DNA from: Mobula hypostoma
Taxonomy: Eukaryota
Length of the DNA: 64,000 bases
NCBI RefSeq assembly: GCF_963921235.1
Contig: NC_086097.1
Location: forward strand, 219,048,001 to 219,112,000
Direction: 5' to 3'
Part shown: positions 52,754 to 64,000 of the stretch, piece by piece
Position numbering within the stretch: position 1 is the first letter of the stretch
Layout: each line of letters begins with the position of its first letter
Position numbers and translations under genes: made by a program
Notes under the pieces: model-generated
The model's input: only the letters and a program-made list of their open reading frames with translations
What the model was told of the DNA's origin: nothing
The model's database searches: none

Positions 52754-52810
52754 CTGGAAATATAAGACCTCCAATAATAATGTGTCACCAGCTGGAATTT
52801 GCAAATAATT
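52754..52810 (-). CDS. Host gene internal exon, 57 nt (NYLQIPAGDTLLLEVLYFQ)
   Basis: Donor CAG/GTAATG, weaker acceptor attaaacAG. Phase 0 to 0. Confidence 0.55.
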
Positions 52811-54032
52811 CTGTTTAATCTTGCAGAGTAATGTAGAAGTGATGGTATGATATTTTTATACTTTGGTCTATTGTAGTACATATGTCAGAGAATTTTTTTC
52901 ATAAAAGATATTAGTTTTATTGTATGGCCAGCTCAAATCATGCATGAAAGGCAATGAAATGAAGCAAGGTCAATTCAGAGTTCAAAATTAAAAAGTCTGC
53001 AGGTAGGTTTTAAAATTTTTCAGGTCCTTTCAAGTAATAATTACTAATTTTACTTTTGCTGTTTAATCCGAAGTCTAGTTTTCCCGAAATATTTTACTGC
53101 TTTACTTTATCAGCAGGAGTTTGTTATAGAATAATGCAAACAGAAAAGCTGATGTGATAGTAGTTTAGAATCATAATCCCCTTCAAATCTGGCTGGAGGT
53201 CAGAAAGTAATGACTTGTGTGGGAAAATGCATTTTGAGGAATAACAGCTGCAGGAGATAAAAGTTCTCGCTGTTCAACCACTTTAACCTTAATCCTCCTG
53301 ATCACTTACAGCTGTTGGAACTGAAAATAAGTTTTCCACACCTGTTCTGCGCTAATTTATTGGTGCATTTATTCAAATTCTCCTCCATATTTCTAGCATG
53401 TACAGTTTATATGTCCTTTGCATCCAGTGGGTGGTCTCATAATATTATTCAAATATGTTACATTCTGTCTACATTATTGGAAATGTAGAAGTTTGCTACT
53501 GTTGCTGGAAATTATAACTACACACAATAGTCCAGAATGTGAAAGTCGAATATGAGCTGAACATGGGTTGCCTGAATCCCAGTTCCTGTTACAGCTTTGC
53601 TTTGGCAGAAGCTCTTTCATGGAAGGCATTGAGAAAGCTTACATTTCTAATAACGACTGAAGTCTCAGCTCTGAATGAAGACCTGTGACCAACCCCTCAG
53701 CTTTATTGCTCAATATTTAGTATTTCTACTATTTTGGGATCATGTATCATGTTGGAAATGAGAACAAGCTGTGAACTGTAAGTGCAATAGAGCATATACA
53801 GAAATATACTCAGTTGTTTATGGAAGGATCATGTCTATGGAGAAATGTATTCAGCTGTTTATGGCAGGTTCATGTCTATACAGAAATGTATTCAGCTGTT
53901 TATAGAAACTTCATCTCCTGGAGCCAATTATCCTCTTCCCAAGAACTCATGCTCTCTGAAGCTCTTAAACATTCTAAAATTCTCTGGCAGTTTGGCATGA
54001 AAATCAAAAATAATCCATAGTGCACCACTTAC

Positions 54033-54075
54033 ATAGAAGATATTAATTAGAAAGTATAGGTGTCTGCTGTTTTGT
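54033..54075 (-). CDS. Host gene internal exon, 43 nt (QNSRHLYFLINIFY)
   Basis: Acceptor ttccttggttttattacAG, donor GTAAGT. Phase 2 to 0. Confidence 0.68.
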
Positions 54076-54199
54076 CTGTAATAAAACCAAGGAATGTGTG
54101 AAAGCATCTGTACTTCTCTAACATAAATGCTCAAGCTTCGATACAGTACAAGGGGATCTACTGACCATCAATGCAAAGCTTCACTTTCTACCTTGTATA

Positions 54200-54738
54200 A
54201 AAGTTAAATTAAATAAATAATACAAAAACAGAACTAAAAAGTATTGAGGTACTTACTATCCAAGGGTTCAACGTGCATTCAGAAATCTGATGGCAGAGGG
54301 GAAAAAGCTACTCTTGAACCGTTGAGTATGTGTTGAGGCTCATGGACCTCCATCCTGATGACAGCAATGAGAAGAAGGCATGTCCTTCATGATGGGGGTG
54401 CTTAATGATGGATGCTGCCTTTCTGAGGCACCGCTCATTGATGTCCTGGATGCTGGGGAGGCTGGTGCCTATGGTGGAGCTGACTAGGTTCACAACTTTC
54501 TGCAGCTTCTCCTAATTTTGTGCAGTACCCCCGCCCCCCCCCCAATACCAGATGGTGATGCAACCAGTTCGAATGCTCTCCGTGGTACATCTGTAGAAAT
54601 TTGCTAGTGGCTTTGGTGACATACGAAATCTCCTCAAACTCCTAATGAAATATAGCCACTGTTGTGCCTTCTTTGTAACTGCATCGATATGTTGGGCCCA
54701 GGATAGATCCTTAGAGAAGGTATCACCCAAGAACTTAA
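54200..54738 (-). mobile_element. Rex/L2-type LINE 3' fragment
   Basis: DLSWAQHIDAVTKKAQQWLYFIRSL. Confidence 0.75.
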
Positions 54739-54739
54739 T

Positions 54740-56345
54740 ACCATAAGACCTGAAGATATAGGAACAGAATTAGCTCATTCGGTCGATCGAGTATGCTCTG
54801 TCATTCCATCATCACTGACGGGTTATCCCCTCTCAACCTCTGCTTTAAATATACTCAATAACTTGGCCACTACAGCCGCTACCACTGTGGCAATGAATTC
54901 CACAAATTCACTGCCATCAGGCTGAAGAAATTCTTCCTCATCTCTGTTTTAAATAGATGCCCCTCTAGTCTGAGGCTATGCCCTCTGCCCCTAGGCACAT
55001 CCACTATAGGAAACATCCTCCCTACATCCAGTCTATCCAAATGGTTCAGTATTTGAAAAGTTTTAATGAGATTCCCACCCCTTCATTCTTCTAAACTCCA
55101 GAGGCATTGAACACGCTTCGTACCTTAATCCCTTCACAACGAAATTTATTGTTGTGAACCTCCTGGGCCGTCTCCAATTCCAGAATATTCTTTCTTAGAT
55201 AAGGGGCTCAAAGCTGCTCACAGTGCCCCAAGTGTAATCTGAAAAATGCTTATAAAGCCTCAGCTTTACATCCTTGCTCTTATATTCTAGTCCTCTTGAA
55301 ATGAAAACTCATTGCAGTTGCTTTCCCTACCATTGTCTCAATCTGCAAGTTAATGTTTAGGGAATTCTGAACTCTGAGGTTTGAATTTTCTCTGTATTTA
55401 GAAACTAGTCTACACCTTTATTCCTTCTACAAAAGTGCATGACTATACATTCTCCAAATTTGTCTAAGTCATTCTGCAGACTCCCTGCTTCCTCAATACT
55501 ACTTGCCCATCCACCTACCTTCGTATCATCTGCAAACGTGGCACCTGGGAGGCAATGTACCATCCAATTGTCTTCATCATGTCCACAGAATCTTGTGTCT
55601 TCTCCCCAACTATGGAATCCTCTATCACTTCTACTCCCTTCCCCTCTGAGCCACAGCGCCAGACTCAGTGCCACAGACTTGCTTGTTGTGGCTTTTCCCT
55701 GGTCGGTCGATTCACCCCCCCCCCCCCAACAATTCAAAGTGGTATACTTATTATTGAGGGGAACAGCTACAGGGGTACACTGCACTGGCTGCCTATTCTC
55801 TTTCCCTCACCTGACAGTCACCCAGGTACCTACATCCTGCAACTTAGGGGTGACCACCTCCCTGTGGCTCCCATCTATCACCCCCTCATTCTCCCATGTG
55901 AGCTGAAGGTCATCGAGCTGTAGCTCGAGTTCCTTAACACAGACTCCAAGGTGCAGCCGCTTAACGTGCTTTGTGCAGGCGTAGTTATCAGGAAGACTGG
56001 AAGTCTCCCAAAGTTCCCACATCTCACACAAGGAGCATACCACTAATCCTGGGCCCATTCATAGTGCACTAGCTATGTACTTTCAGAAATAAAACTGACT
56101 AGAAACTTACCTAGAACCTCTGCCTGTGCCTGCTGAAGCCTGTTGAGCCAAAGTGACACTCTAACACTGCCCCACTCCAACAACTGCTGCTCTTCTTACA
56201 CCTCCTTTCTTTTTATTAACTCAAACAAGACTCACTCCCGATGAGACTTGCAGTTTTCTAAAGCTTCCTGCCCAGCAAGATGTTGCTCTCTCACTCACTA
56301 ATTCAAATGATGACTCATTCTCGATGACATTTGCAGTTTTCAAAA
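54740..56345 (-). mobile_element. Internally deleted CR1 (ORF1 joined to late RT)
   Basis: VVCSLCEMWE...MVHCLPGA directly followed by TFADDTKVGG. 3' tail at ~54740. Confidence 0.75.
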
Positions 56346-56361
56346 GGGTCACACCCTAGAG

Positions 56362-56966
56362 CAGTGGTCCCCAACCTCCGGGCCGCAAAGCATGCAGGGA
56401 TACAGTGGTAGCCGGAGCGCACCCAGCACATCTTTAAGAAAAACGCCGAAATAAACAAGCTAATACATTAGGTGCTGCCCAGAAGCCAGTCTTCATTAGA
56501 GGAACTGAGGTGGAGAGGGTCAATAACTTTAAATTCTTCAGCATTAAGGATTGACATTTCTCTCTCTGAAAAGTGTCAGAGGATTTGTCCTGGGACCAGC
56601 ACGTAACTGTCATTACAAAGAAAGTACGGCAGCGCCTGTACTTTATTAGAAGTTTGTGTAGATTCAACATGACACCTCGATCCTGTCTTTTCAGCCTGTC
56701 TGGGCTGGTGTTTAAATTGACCAAACAATGGAACAGCTAAAGGCTCCAGCGCCCTGGAAAGAGGAGTAATCATCACGTACAGCAAGTGAAATCAGCAATC
56801 GCCTCTGATCTGGGCCAACATTTACGTTCCGGGTGGCACCTAATTAATTAGCTTGTTTAGTTTGGATTTTTTCTTAAAGATGTGCTGGGTACGCTCCAGC
56901 TACCGCTGCACCCCTGCACGCTTGGCGGCCCGGTATCAATCCGCAGTCCGAAGGTTGGGGCCACTG
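56362..56966. mobile_element. hAT (Charlie-like) MITE containing a LINE fragment
   Basis: TIRs CAGTGGTCCCCAACCT / AGGTTGGGGCCACTG. TSD CCCTAGAG / CCGTAGAG. Inverted arms of roughly 110-130 bp. Confidence 0.8.
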
Positions 56967-57334
56967 CCGTAGAGGATATCACACTCTCACTCTCAAACAA
57001 TTTACTGTCTGCACTTCTCCAAGTAAAGAATTTATTTCCGATAATCTCTTTAAAAATAATTTCATAGCATTAGCAAGGACTTTATGTACAAGTACATGTC
57101 TGTTCAATAAATTACAGTAAATCTATATTTTCTAGAGTTATCCACACCTTGAAGAGAATGTTGCAGTGACTGGAGAAGCATGTACATGGCAGTGGAAGGA
57201 AGATGCTGTGCACTCAGCACAATTTATTGTATTAATTATCACAAAATATTGTATTTATATATTTTTTCTGTACTAGTAATTACTGCATGATTTAAAGTAT
57301 ATTCATTCTTAGCCTTTAATGAAATAACATCATT

Positions 57335-59270
57335 TTCAAGATTCAAGATGTTTAATGTCATTTCCATTTGACAAGTGTAAAGGTGAACAAAATAATTGTT
57401 CCGATCCGAGGCAGCGCAAAAAACAGTAAGATAAATAGCACAAGCAGAAACACAATGAATATAAATATGTAATTTCGCTTATACTCACAGATTGATTATA
57501 TGTATATAAAGTGACCTAGGTCTCTATACATAAGGTGACAAAAATTCATAAAGTAATGGGGGTGTGTGTGTGGGGAGGGGCAGTAGTGGGTGGAGATGTG
57601 GAGGTGTTGATCAGCCTTACTGCTTGGGGGAAGTGTTTTTGAGTTGGTGGTCCTGGTGTAGACTTCTTCCTGATGGGAATTGGACAGTCCAAGAGTAGGA
57701 TGGGTGGGATCCTTTATAATATTGTTGGCCTTTTTCCAGCACCTTTCTGTACATAGGCCCTTGATGGCAGGTAGGCTGGTGCTGGTGATGCACCGGATAG
57801 TTTTGACTACCTACCCATTGCAGAGCCTTCCTGCCTGCCACATTGCAGTTTCCATACCAATGCAGTGGTGCAGCATGTAAGGATGCTCTCTACTGCACGA
57901 CTGTAGAAGGTCATGAGTATTGATGTGCATAATCCAGTTCTCTTCAGAAAATAGGGGTGTGAATGAGTTTTCTGAATTGTGCAGGATGTGTTCTGTGTTC
58001 GTGAGAGCTTGTGTGAGGTGTGCACTCCCAGCAGTTTGAAACTACTTGCAGAGAGGTGTGAGTGGCGTGAGTTCTCCTGAAGATGATAACTATCTCATTG
58101 TTGACATTGAGGAAGAAGTCATTTGTTGGGTACCAAGCTTCAAGCTCATCCAACCCCTTGCTGTAGATTGTCTCGTTGTTGTTGCTGATGAGACCCACCA
58201 CAGTTGTGTCATTGACGAACTTGACAATGTGATTACTCGAGTGCTTGGCCGTGCAGTCATGTGTGGGCAGAGTTTACAGCAATGGGCTCAGCACAAAGCC
58301 CCTGCTGGGGGAGATGAGGAGGGAGGGAATGGTTGTGCATCCTGACTTCCTAAGTCTGTTGGCTAGGAAGTCCAACACCCAGTTGCACAGTGATTTATTT
58401 AGATAGAGGAGTGGGAATAGTTCACCAGTGTTTGTGGGACGATATTGTTGAATGCCAAGCTAAAACCCTAAGCAGCACTCAGACATGTGTCCTTGTTTTC
58501 TAGGTGTTTCTAGGTGTGTCAGGGCCAGATGCTATGGCATCTGTCATAGAGCGGTTCTGCCAGGAAGCATAGTGTGGCAGGACTGGAGTTTATGATCTAA
58601 GTCATTATCAGCCATTCAAAGCACTTCATGATGATTGGCATCGGTGCCACCAGAAGTTTGTCAGTTAGTTCCAAAAGTGTAGAGTTGATTGGTACAGGGA
58701 TAATGGTGGGTGACTTGAAGCATATGGGTACAGCAGCCTGGATGACTGAAGTGTTGAAGATGTCTGGAAACATCAGTGAGCTGGTGTGCACACTCTCTGA
58801 GCACTCGACCTGCGATGTTGTTTGAGCTGGCAGCCTTATGGGAGCTGAATCTCTGCAGAGTCCTTCTCATGTCCACTGTTTTCACACAGTGGCTGCTTGC
58901 CAAGAGGGGGGTTAGTTTTCATGGCTGGTATTGTGTTGCTTGCCTCGAGGCATTCATTAAAGTTGTTGAGAATGTCGGGGGGGAGTGGCACTGGTAGAGT
59001 TGACACTTTTTTCCTTGAGTCAGTAATGCCCCTGATGCCCAGTCACATACGTTGGGATCGTTCTCGTACAGGTGTTTCTGAATTTTTTGTGTGTGGGCAG
59101 TCTTTACTCTCTTGATGCCAAAGATGAGGATTTTCCTGGCTGCTCTGAGAGCTGGTCTGTCTCCAGACCTGGAGGCAGAGTCCCTTGCTTTTAGTAGAGG
59201 GCGCACCTCTGCGATCAGCCCGTCTATCTGGTTGGGCTGTGACATGAGCCGTTCCTGAGGTAGCGACGTC
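57335..59270 (-). mobile_element. Degenerate Rex-Babar/L2-type LINE
   Basis: RVLRECAHQLTDV, IIMKCFEWL, KFVNDTTVVGLI. TTCAAGA-repeat tail. Confidence 0.75.
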
Positions 59271-60014
59271 AGCTACACACTGACAGGTTTCATTTGATGT
59301 CTTAAGTTTACGCATTTCACATGAGAAAGTTTCTACCAAAAACAGAAATAGAAATAGAAAGTCTTGTTTCAATAATTATCAATGATCTGTAGTGGACATC
59401 AAGTTTGTGGATAAAAATACTGTAAGCTCATGCCATCGTTTAGAGGCAGGGTTGCCATTTGTCTCCAGCTAGGTATCCACATCCAATCTGTGCATTTGAG
59501 CCACATCAAAATTAGTATGGCTTTCTACCTGTTCAGGATGTTTACATATGAGTGTAGTACATCTCCTACTTATCCAAAGGCAGTTAGATAACTTCCTGTG
59601 TACAGCTCTGACCCTGTCAATGTCCTGTATAACTGATTCTCACAACAAAGATGCAGCTAAGGTGTGTTACTTTAAGTTACAAACAAGTGGGCCTTTTTCT
59701 TCCTGCTGTATCAATGTGTTTGAATGTCTCAATGTGTACTCTAAATATGTGTGTGACATGGACCTTGTCACAGTTTGCTTGATTTAATACCTCATTTCTA
59801 TCCTGTTGCTGATAAATAAATAAACACATGGAAATTTTTATGCCTTATACTCGATAGAAATTATTAGTAAGGATATATGGTCAAGTATTCATGGTTTTCT
59901 GTCGGGTTATATCAGACCGTCAAACACAAAACCTAGAAGGATAAGCTGAGAAGTTCCGATGGCAGAGCAAGCGGACAGGTTGATTGGGAAGTCAGTCAGC
60001 AAGTGTTAAATACA

Positions 60015-60420
60015 ACCGTTTCTCCTTGTACCGACGGAAGATGAGAGGTGACCTGATAGAGGTGCATAAGATGATGAGAGGCATTGATCGTGTAGATAGT
60101 CAGAGGCTCTTTCCCAGGGCTAAAATGGCTAACACAAGAGGGCACAGTTTAAGGTGCTTGGAAGCAGGTACAGGGGAGATGTCAGTGGTAAGTTTTTTAA
60201 GCAAAGAGTGGTGAATGCATGGAATGGGGTGCCGGCAATGGTGGTGGAGGTGGATAGGGTAGGGTCGTGTAAAAGACTCTTGGATTGGTACATGGAGCTC
60301 AGTAAAATAGAGGGCTATGGGTAACCCTAGGTAATTTCTAAAGTAAGTACCTGTTTGGCACAGCATTGTGGGCCAAATGGCCTGTATTGTGCTGTAGGTT
60401 TTCTATGTTTCTATGTTCTA
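60015..60420 (+). mobile_element. CR1 3' fragment
   Basis: MRGDLIEVHKMMRGIDRVDSQRLFPR. (TTTCTATG)n tail. Confidence 0.8.
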
Positions 60421-60956
60421 ACCCTAAAGGATTGTTTTAAGGTCAGCCATAAGATGCTAAGCAGCATTTTTTATTGTTCATTGAGTGTTAGAGAAAAGTC
60501 TCATATTCTTTTCTCAAGCACTTCCACATCCCCTGCCCACCCTCACTGCCACCACAACGTCACCATCTAGCATGCATTGAAGATTGACCCTGTGGGTCTT
60601 TTACTCAGGAAATTATCATGACACACCCCTTACTCAGGGAGATTAATCTTCATTTCCCGGAGATTATCAGGAAGGTTTCCTTGGGATATTGTAATAATTC
60701 ATGGTGGTAATATAACAGAACATGTCATTTTCTCTAACACCACCAATTTCTGGTTGTCATACAATCAACAATGTGTCCAGGTAAATAAGGTGAATAAATA
60801 TGGTGTATGAGAACAATGTTTTCACCTCCATGTTATGGAGAAGATGTTATTGCAAAAGAGAAGTTCTGTGAATGATTTAGAAATATTTGGGATTGTCAAT
60901 TAATCTGCAGCGACACAAATTAAACTAGTAAATTCTTTTACCTTGTTTATCTATGT

Positions 60957-61036
60957 CAGGAGTTCCCAGCCATTTTTATACCATGAGCCCTTACCATTAA
61001 CTGAGAGGTCTGTGGACCCCAGATTGGAAACCCCTG
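60957..61036. mobile_element. 80-bp hAT-type mini-MITE
   Basis: CAGGAGTTCCCA...TGGAAACCCCTG termini. Partially conserved 8-bp flanks (ATCTATGT / ATCTGGAA). Confidence 0.55.
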
Positions 61037-61662
61037 ATCTGGAAGTTGATTTATACCTGTTTTTGATCCACTAAAATGTTGTTGAATTTAGTCAGGTACC
61101 TTTCAAAAAATTGAGAAGTTGGTCAACAATGACACTTGAAGCATTGTTCGGGCACTTACACTTGGAAAGAAGCTCTAAAATAATTCTAACTTTAAATAAT
61201 TCACGACAGGACCAGGTTCAATGCAGTAGAACTGTTGGAATTTTTCTGTACAGCATTCAGGAAAAAGCATTGGCCCTTAATGCCATATTCCTCATAGGGG
61301 GAGGGTGTAGGCACCACCAATACAATTATGGCTGCTTTAAAGGAGAGGAGAGAGGATGCAGGAAGAAGGGGAAAGAACTCCATAATTTACAAAAGAAACA
61401 TGGAATTCCTGGTGCATGTACAAAATGTTTGGAGATGGGGCCCCAGTATCAGTGGTAGAAGAGCCTGGTAGAAAGTGGATAGAGTTCCTTTTCCAATAGT
61501 GAGAATACCCATACTGTGGAATAAGGTTAAAACAATGCCATGATCTCACAGAAGCATCTCAGTGAGCTGCAGACCACAATAAAAAGCTTCCTTGCATAGG
61601 CACAATTACTCAGAAACTCTCTAATCACACACCCACATGCACACACAGAGGGACACTTTATT

Positions 61663-61763
61663 CTAGTCCTGACGAAGGGTCTTGGCCTGAAGCGTCGACT
61701 GCACCTCTTCCTAGAGATGCTGCCTGGCCTGCTGCATTCACCAGCAACTTTTATGTGTGTTGA
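61663..61763 (+). mobile_element. 101-bp Penelope-repeat/hammerhead mini-insertion with 11-bp TSD
   Basis: Near-identical to the reverse complement of ~8875-8973. GACACTTTATT at 61652-61662 and 61764-61774. Confidence 0.8.
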
Positions 61764-62297
61764 GACACTTTATTTTACAAGATTCTTATGAACATTATCT
61801 TCGTTTTATGAAGTCCCTTCTATATATATAAAAAAAAATTAGTGGCTGCATTGTCTGTGCTGCTGGGAGATTTGGCTTTGGTCTTTCCACAGAATATTCT
61901 ACTGACAACAACCTCGAAAAACCCAAGCCAAAATTTCATTTTACACCAGGATGAAATGGGCTGGTTGCAATATCTCTGAAGAATCAGAATCAGGTTTAAG
62001 ACTCTCTGGGACTGTACCCCTAGTGCCACTTGAACCAAAGTACCTGACCCTTTTCATGTGGCCAATCCTGCACATGCTGATGCCGCCAGCACTGAAGTGT
62101 TGTCAAAATGTTTCTTCTAAGATTCCTTTAAATGTGTGTCTTTGCAGCCAAATACTGAAAAGAACTGTTCACTGTTTGTTGTAGCAAGCTCTGCAGACTT
62201 TGAAAGGTGTCTGAGTAGTTGTGTCACCAGATTCCTATCCTTAGCATCATTATTTAGGCAGGCAGTTATCAGTTATTAAAATCTTCAGTGAGATTAC

Positions 62298-62323
62298 CTT
62301 ATCTCAGCAGAATGTTCCTTTAA
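62298..62323 (-). CDS. Host gene internal exon, 26 nt (LKEHSAEIR)
   Basis: Acceptor tttcttgcctttgtctAG, donor AAG/GTAATC. Phase 0 to 2 joins exon 54075. Confidence 0.62.
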
Positions 62324-62411
62324 CTAGACAAAGGCAAGAAACTGTCACAATTTGTTCCTAGTTATACTCTAGACTGTTCCATGATAGTTGGAGTGTTTAG
62401 CTTTAACTTAC

Positions 62412-62472
62412 GTTGCTCAGGGGAAAAATGAGTGTTGCTTGAAAATTGATATTCTTAAGTATACATTGGATT
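62412..62472 (-). CDS. Host gene internal exon, ~61 nt (IQCILKNINFQATLIFPLSN)
   Basis: Donor GTAAGT, 88-nt intron to the next exon. Acceptor ctgacctttcccaAG is less certain. Confidence 0.55.
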
Positions 62473-62949
62473 CTTGGGAAAGGTCAGATATGGTAATGAA
62501 TATTATGACTGGAAATAACTGTTTCAACTTTGTGACCCTGAATAAAAATCGCCTCCAGTTTGAATTAAAGTTAGATTACACAGTCTTGAAATAACTGGTG
62601 TTGTGCAATCAAACCTGTAGGCTGTTAATTCTGTGCAATAATATAAAATCAGTGTAAAATAGAAAAATAAATGTTCTAGATACTAAATTTGTAATGGATG
62701 GAAGAGAATGCTCTTTCATCAACACAAGTTTAATATCTAAATATTGTGGATTTGGTTTCATTGTGTTTCACTGCACAAAAAGCTAATTTTTACATTCCAT
62801 TTCTCTCGTAATAAAGGCCATTCAGCCCAGCAAATCTATGCTAGCTCTCAGATGAATCATATTAATTGCATTCCCCTATTATTTCCCAGAAATTTCTCAC
62901 ATGTCCATCAACTCCTCCCCAGTTATTCCTACCATCACACATGCTGCAG

Positions 62950-64000
62950 TTGGAATTGGTTTATTATTGTTGCCTGTACTGAGATACAATGAAAAGCTTG
63001 GCTTGCATACTGTTCATACAAATCAGATGATTACACTGAGGTAGAATAAGGTAAAACCATAACCATGCACAATAAAGTGCAACAGTACAGAGGGAATGCA
63101 GTGCAGGTAAACAATAATGGGTAAGGTCATGATGAGGTAGATTGTGACATCAAGGGTCCAACTTACCACATTGTAACAGTGGGGTAGAAGCTATCACTGA
63201 CTGTGCCATAGCTGCTTTCAGTCTTTTGCATCTTCTGCCCGATGGAAGAGGGAAGAAAAGAGAATGTCTAGAGTGAGTGGGATCTTTGATTACATTGGCT
63301 GCTCTACTGAGCCTAGAGGAAGTATAGACAGAGTCCACAGAGGGTTGGCTTGTTCCCATAATGTGCTGAGCTGTGTATATAACTCTCCCCGGTTTCTTGT
63401 GGTCACACGCAGAGCAATTGCCATACCAGGGCACGGTGGTTCCAGATAGGATGCTTTCTATGGTGCATTGATAAAAATTGGTTAGGGTCAATGGGGACAC
63501 GCTAAATTTCTTTAGCCTCCTGAGGAAGCAGAGGTGTCGCCGAACTTTCTTGGCCTTGATGTCTATGTGGTTGTCCCAGGGCAGGCTGTTGATGAACTTG
63601 AAGCTCTCAATCCTCTCTACCTCAAAACCATTAATATAGACAGGAGCATGTGTACCACCCTCCTTCACGCATCTGATGATTAGCTTTCTTTTGCTGACAT
63701 TGAGGGAAAAGTTGTTGTTATAACGCTATGCCACTAAGTTCTATATCTCCTTTCTGTACTCCTATGTTTCAGTATTTGAAATACGGCCCATTACAGTGGT
63801 ATCGTCTGCAAACTTGGAGATGGAGTTATAGCAGGGTCCGGCCATGCAGTCATGAGTGTACAGGAAGTAGAGCAAAGTGCTGAGGGTGCAGCCTTGTGGG
63901 GAACCAGAGTTTAGAATAATCATGGTGGAGATGTTGCTGTCTATTCTTGCTGATCAGGAAGTCTTTTGGTCAGGAAGTCAAGAATCAGGTTACAGAGGGA
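62950..64000 (-). mobile_element. Rex-Babar/L2-type LINE 3' portion (runs off the window)
   Basis: KFADDTTV remnant. ORF 63668-63150 (RHLCFLRRLKKF, IKDPTHSRHSLFFPLPSGRR). Confidence 0.8.

Overview
Eukaryotic, repeat-dense vertebrate DNA. The repeat repertoire (CR1 LINEs, Rex/L2-type LINEs, V-SINEs, Penelope elements) suggests a cartilaginous fish; this is an inference. Nearly all long ORFs in the supplied track derive from transposons. The minus strand carries the 3' part of a spliced host gene that the ORF track mostly misses: 8 predicted GT-AG exons between 62472 and 14973, mutually phase-compatible, encoding ~257 aa that I cannot assign to a family. Its introns and 3' flank hold: (i) a Gypsy-type LTR element (39009-41366, 5-bp TSD) whose pol is replaced by a spliced SUDS3 mRNA copy; (ii) a near-complete Neptune-type Penelope element (8832-12246, 16-bp TSD) with a hammerhead ribozyme motif, plus dispersed short hammerhead-bearing copies; (iii) a full-length CR1 and many CR1 fragments, including an internally inverted and an internally deleted copy; (iv) a decayed chromodomain Gypsy, solo LTRs, Tc1 and hAT DNA elements, a TIR element with a 6-bp TSD, and SINEs. 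All calls were made by eye. Boundaries not fixed by a TSD or splice site are approximate.
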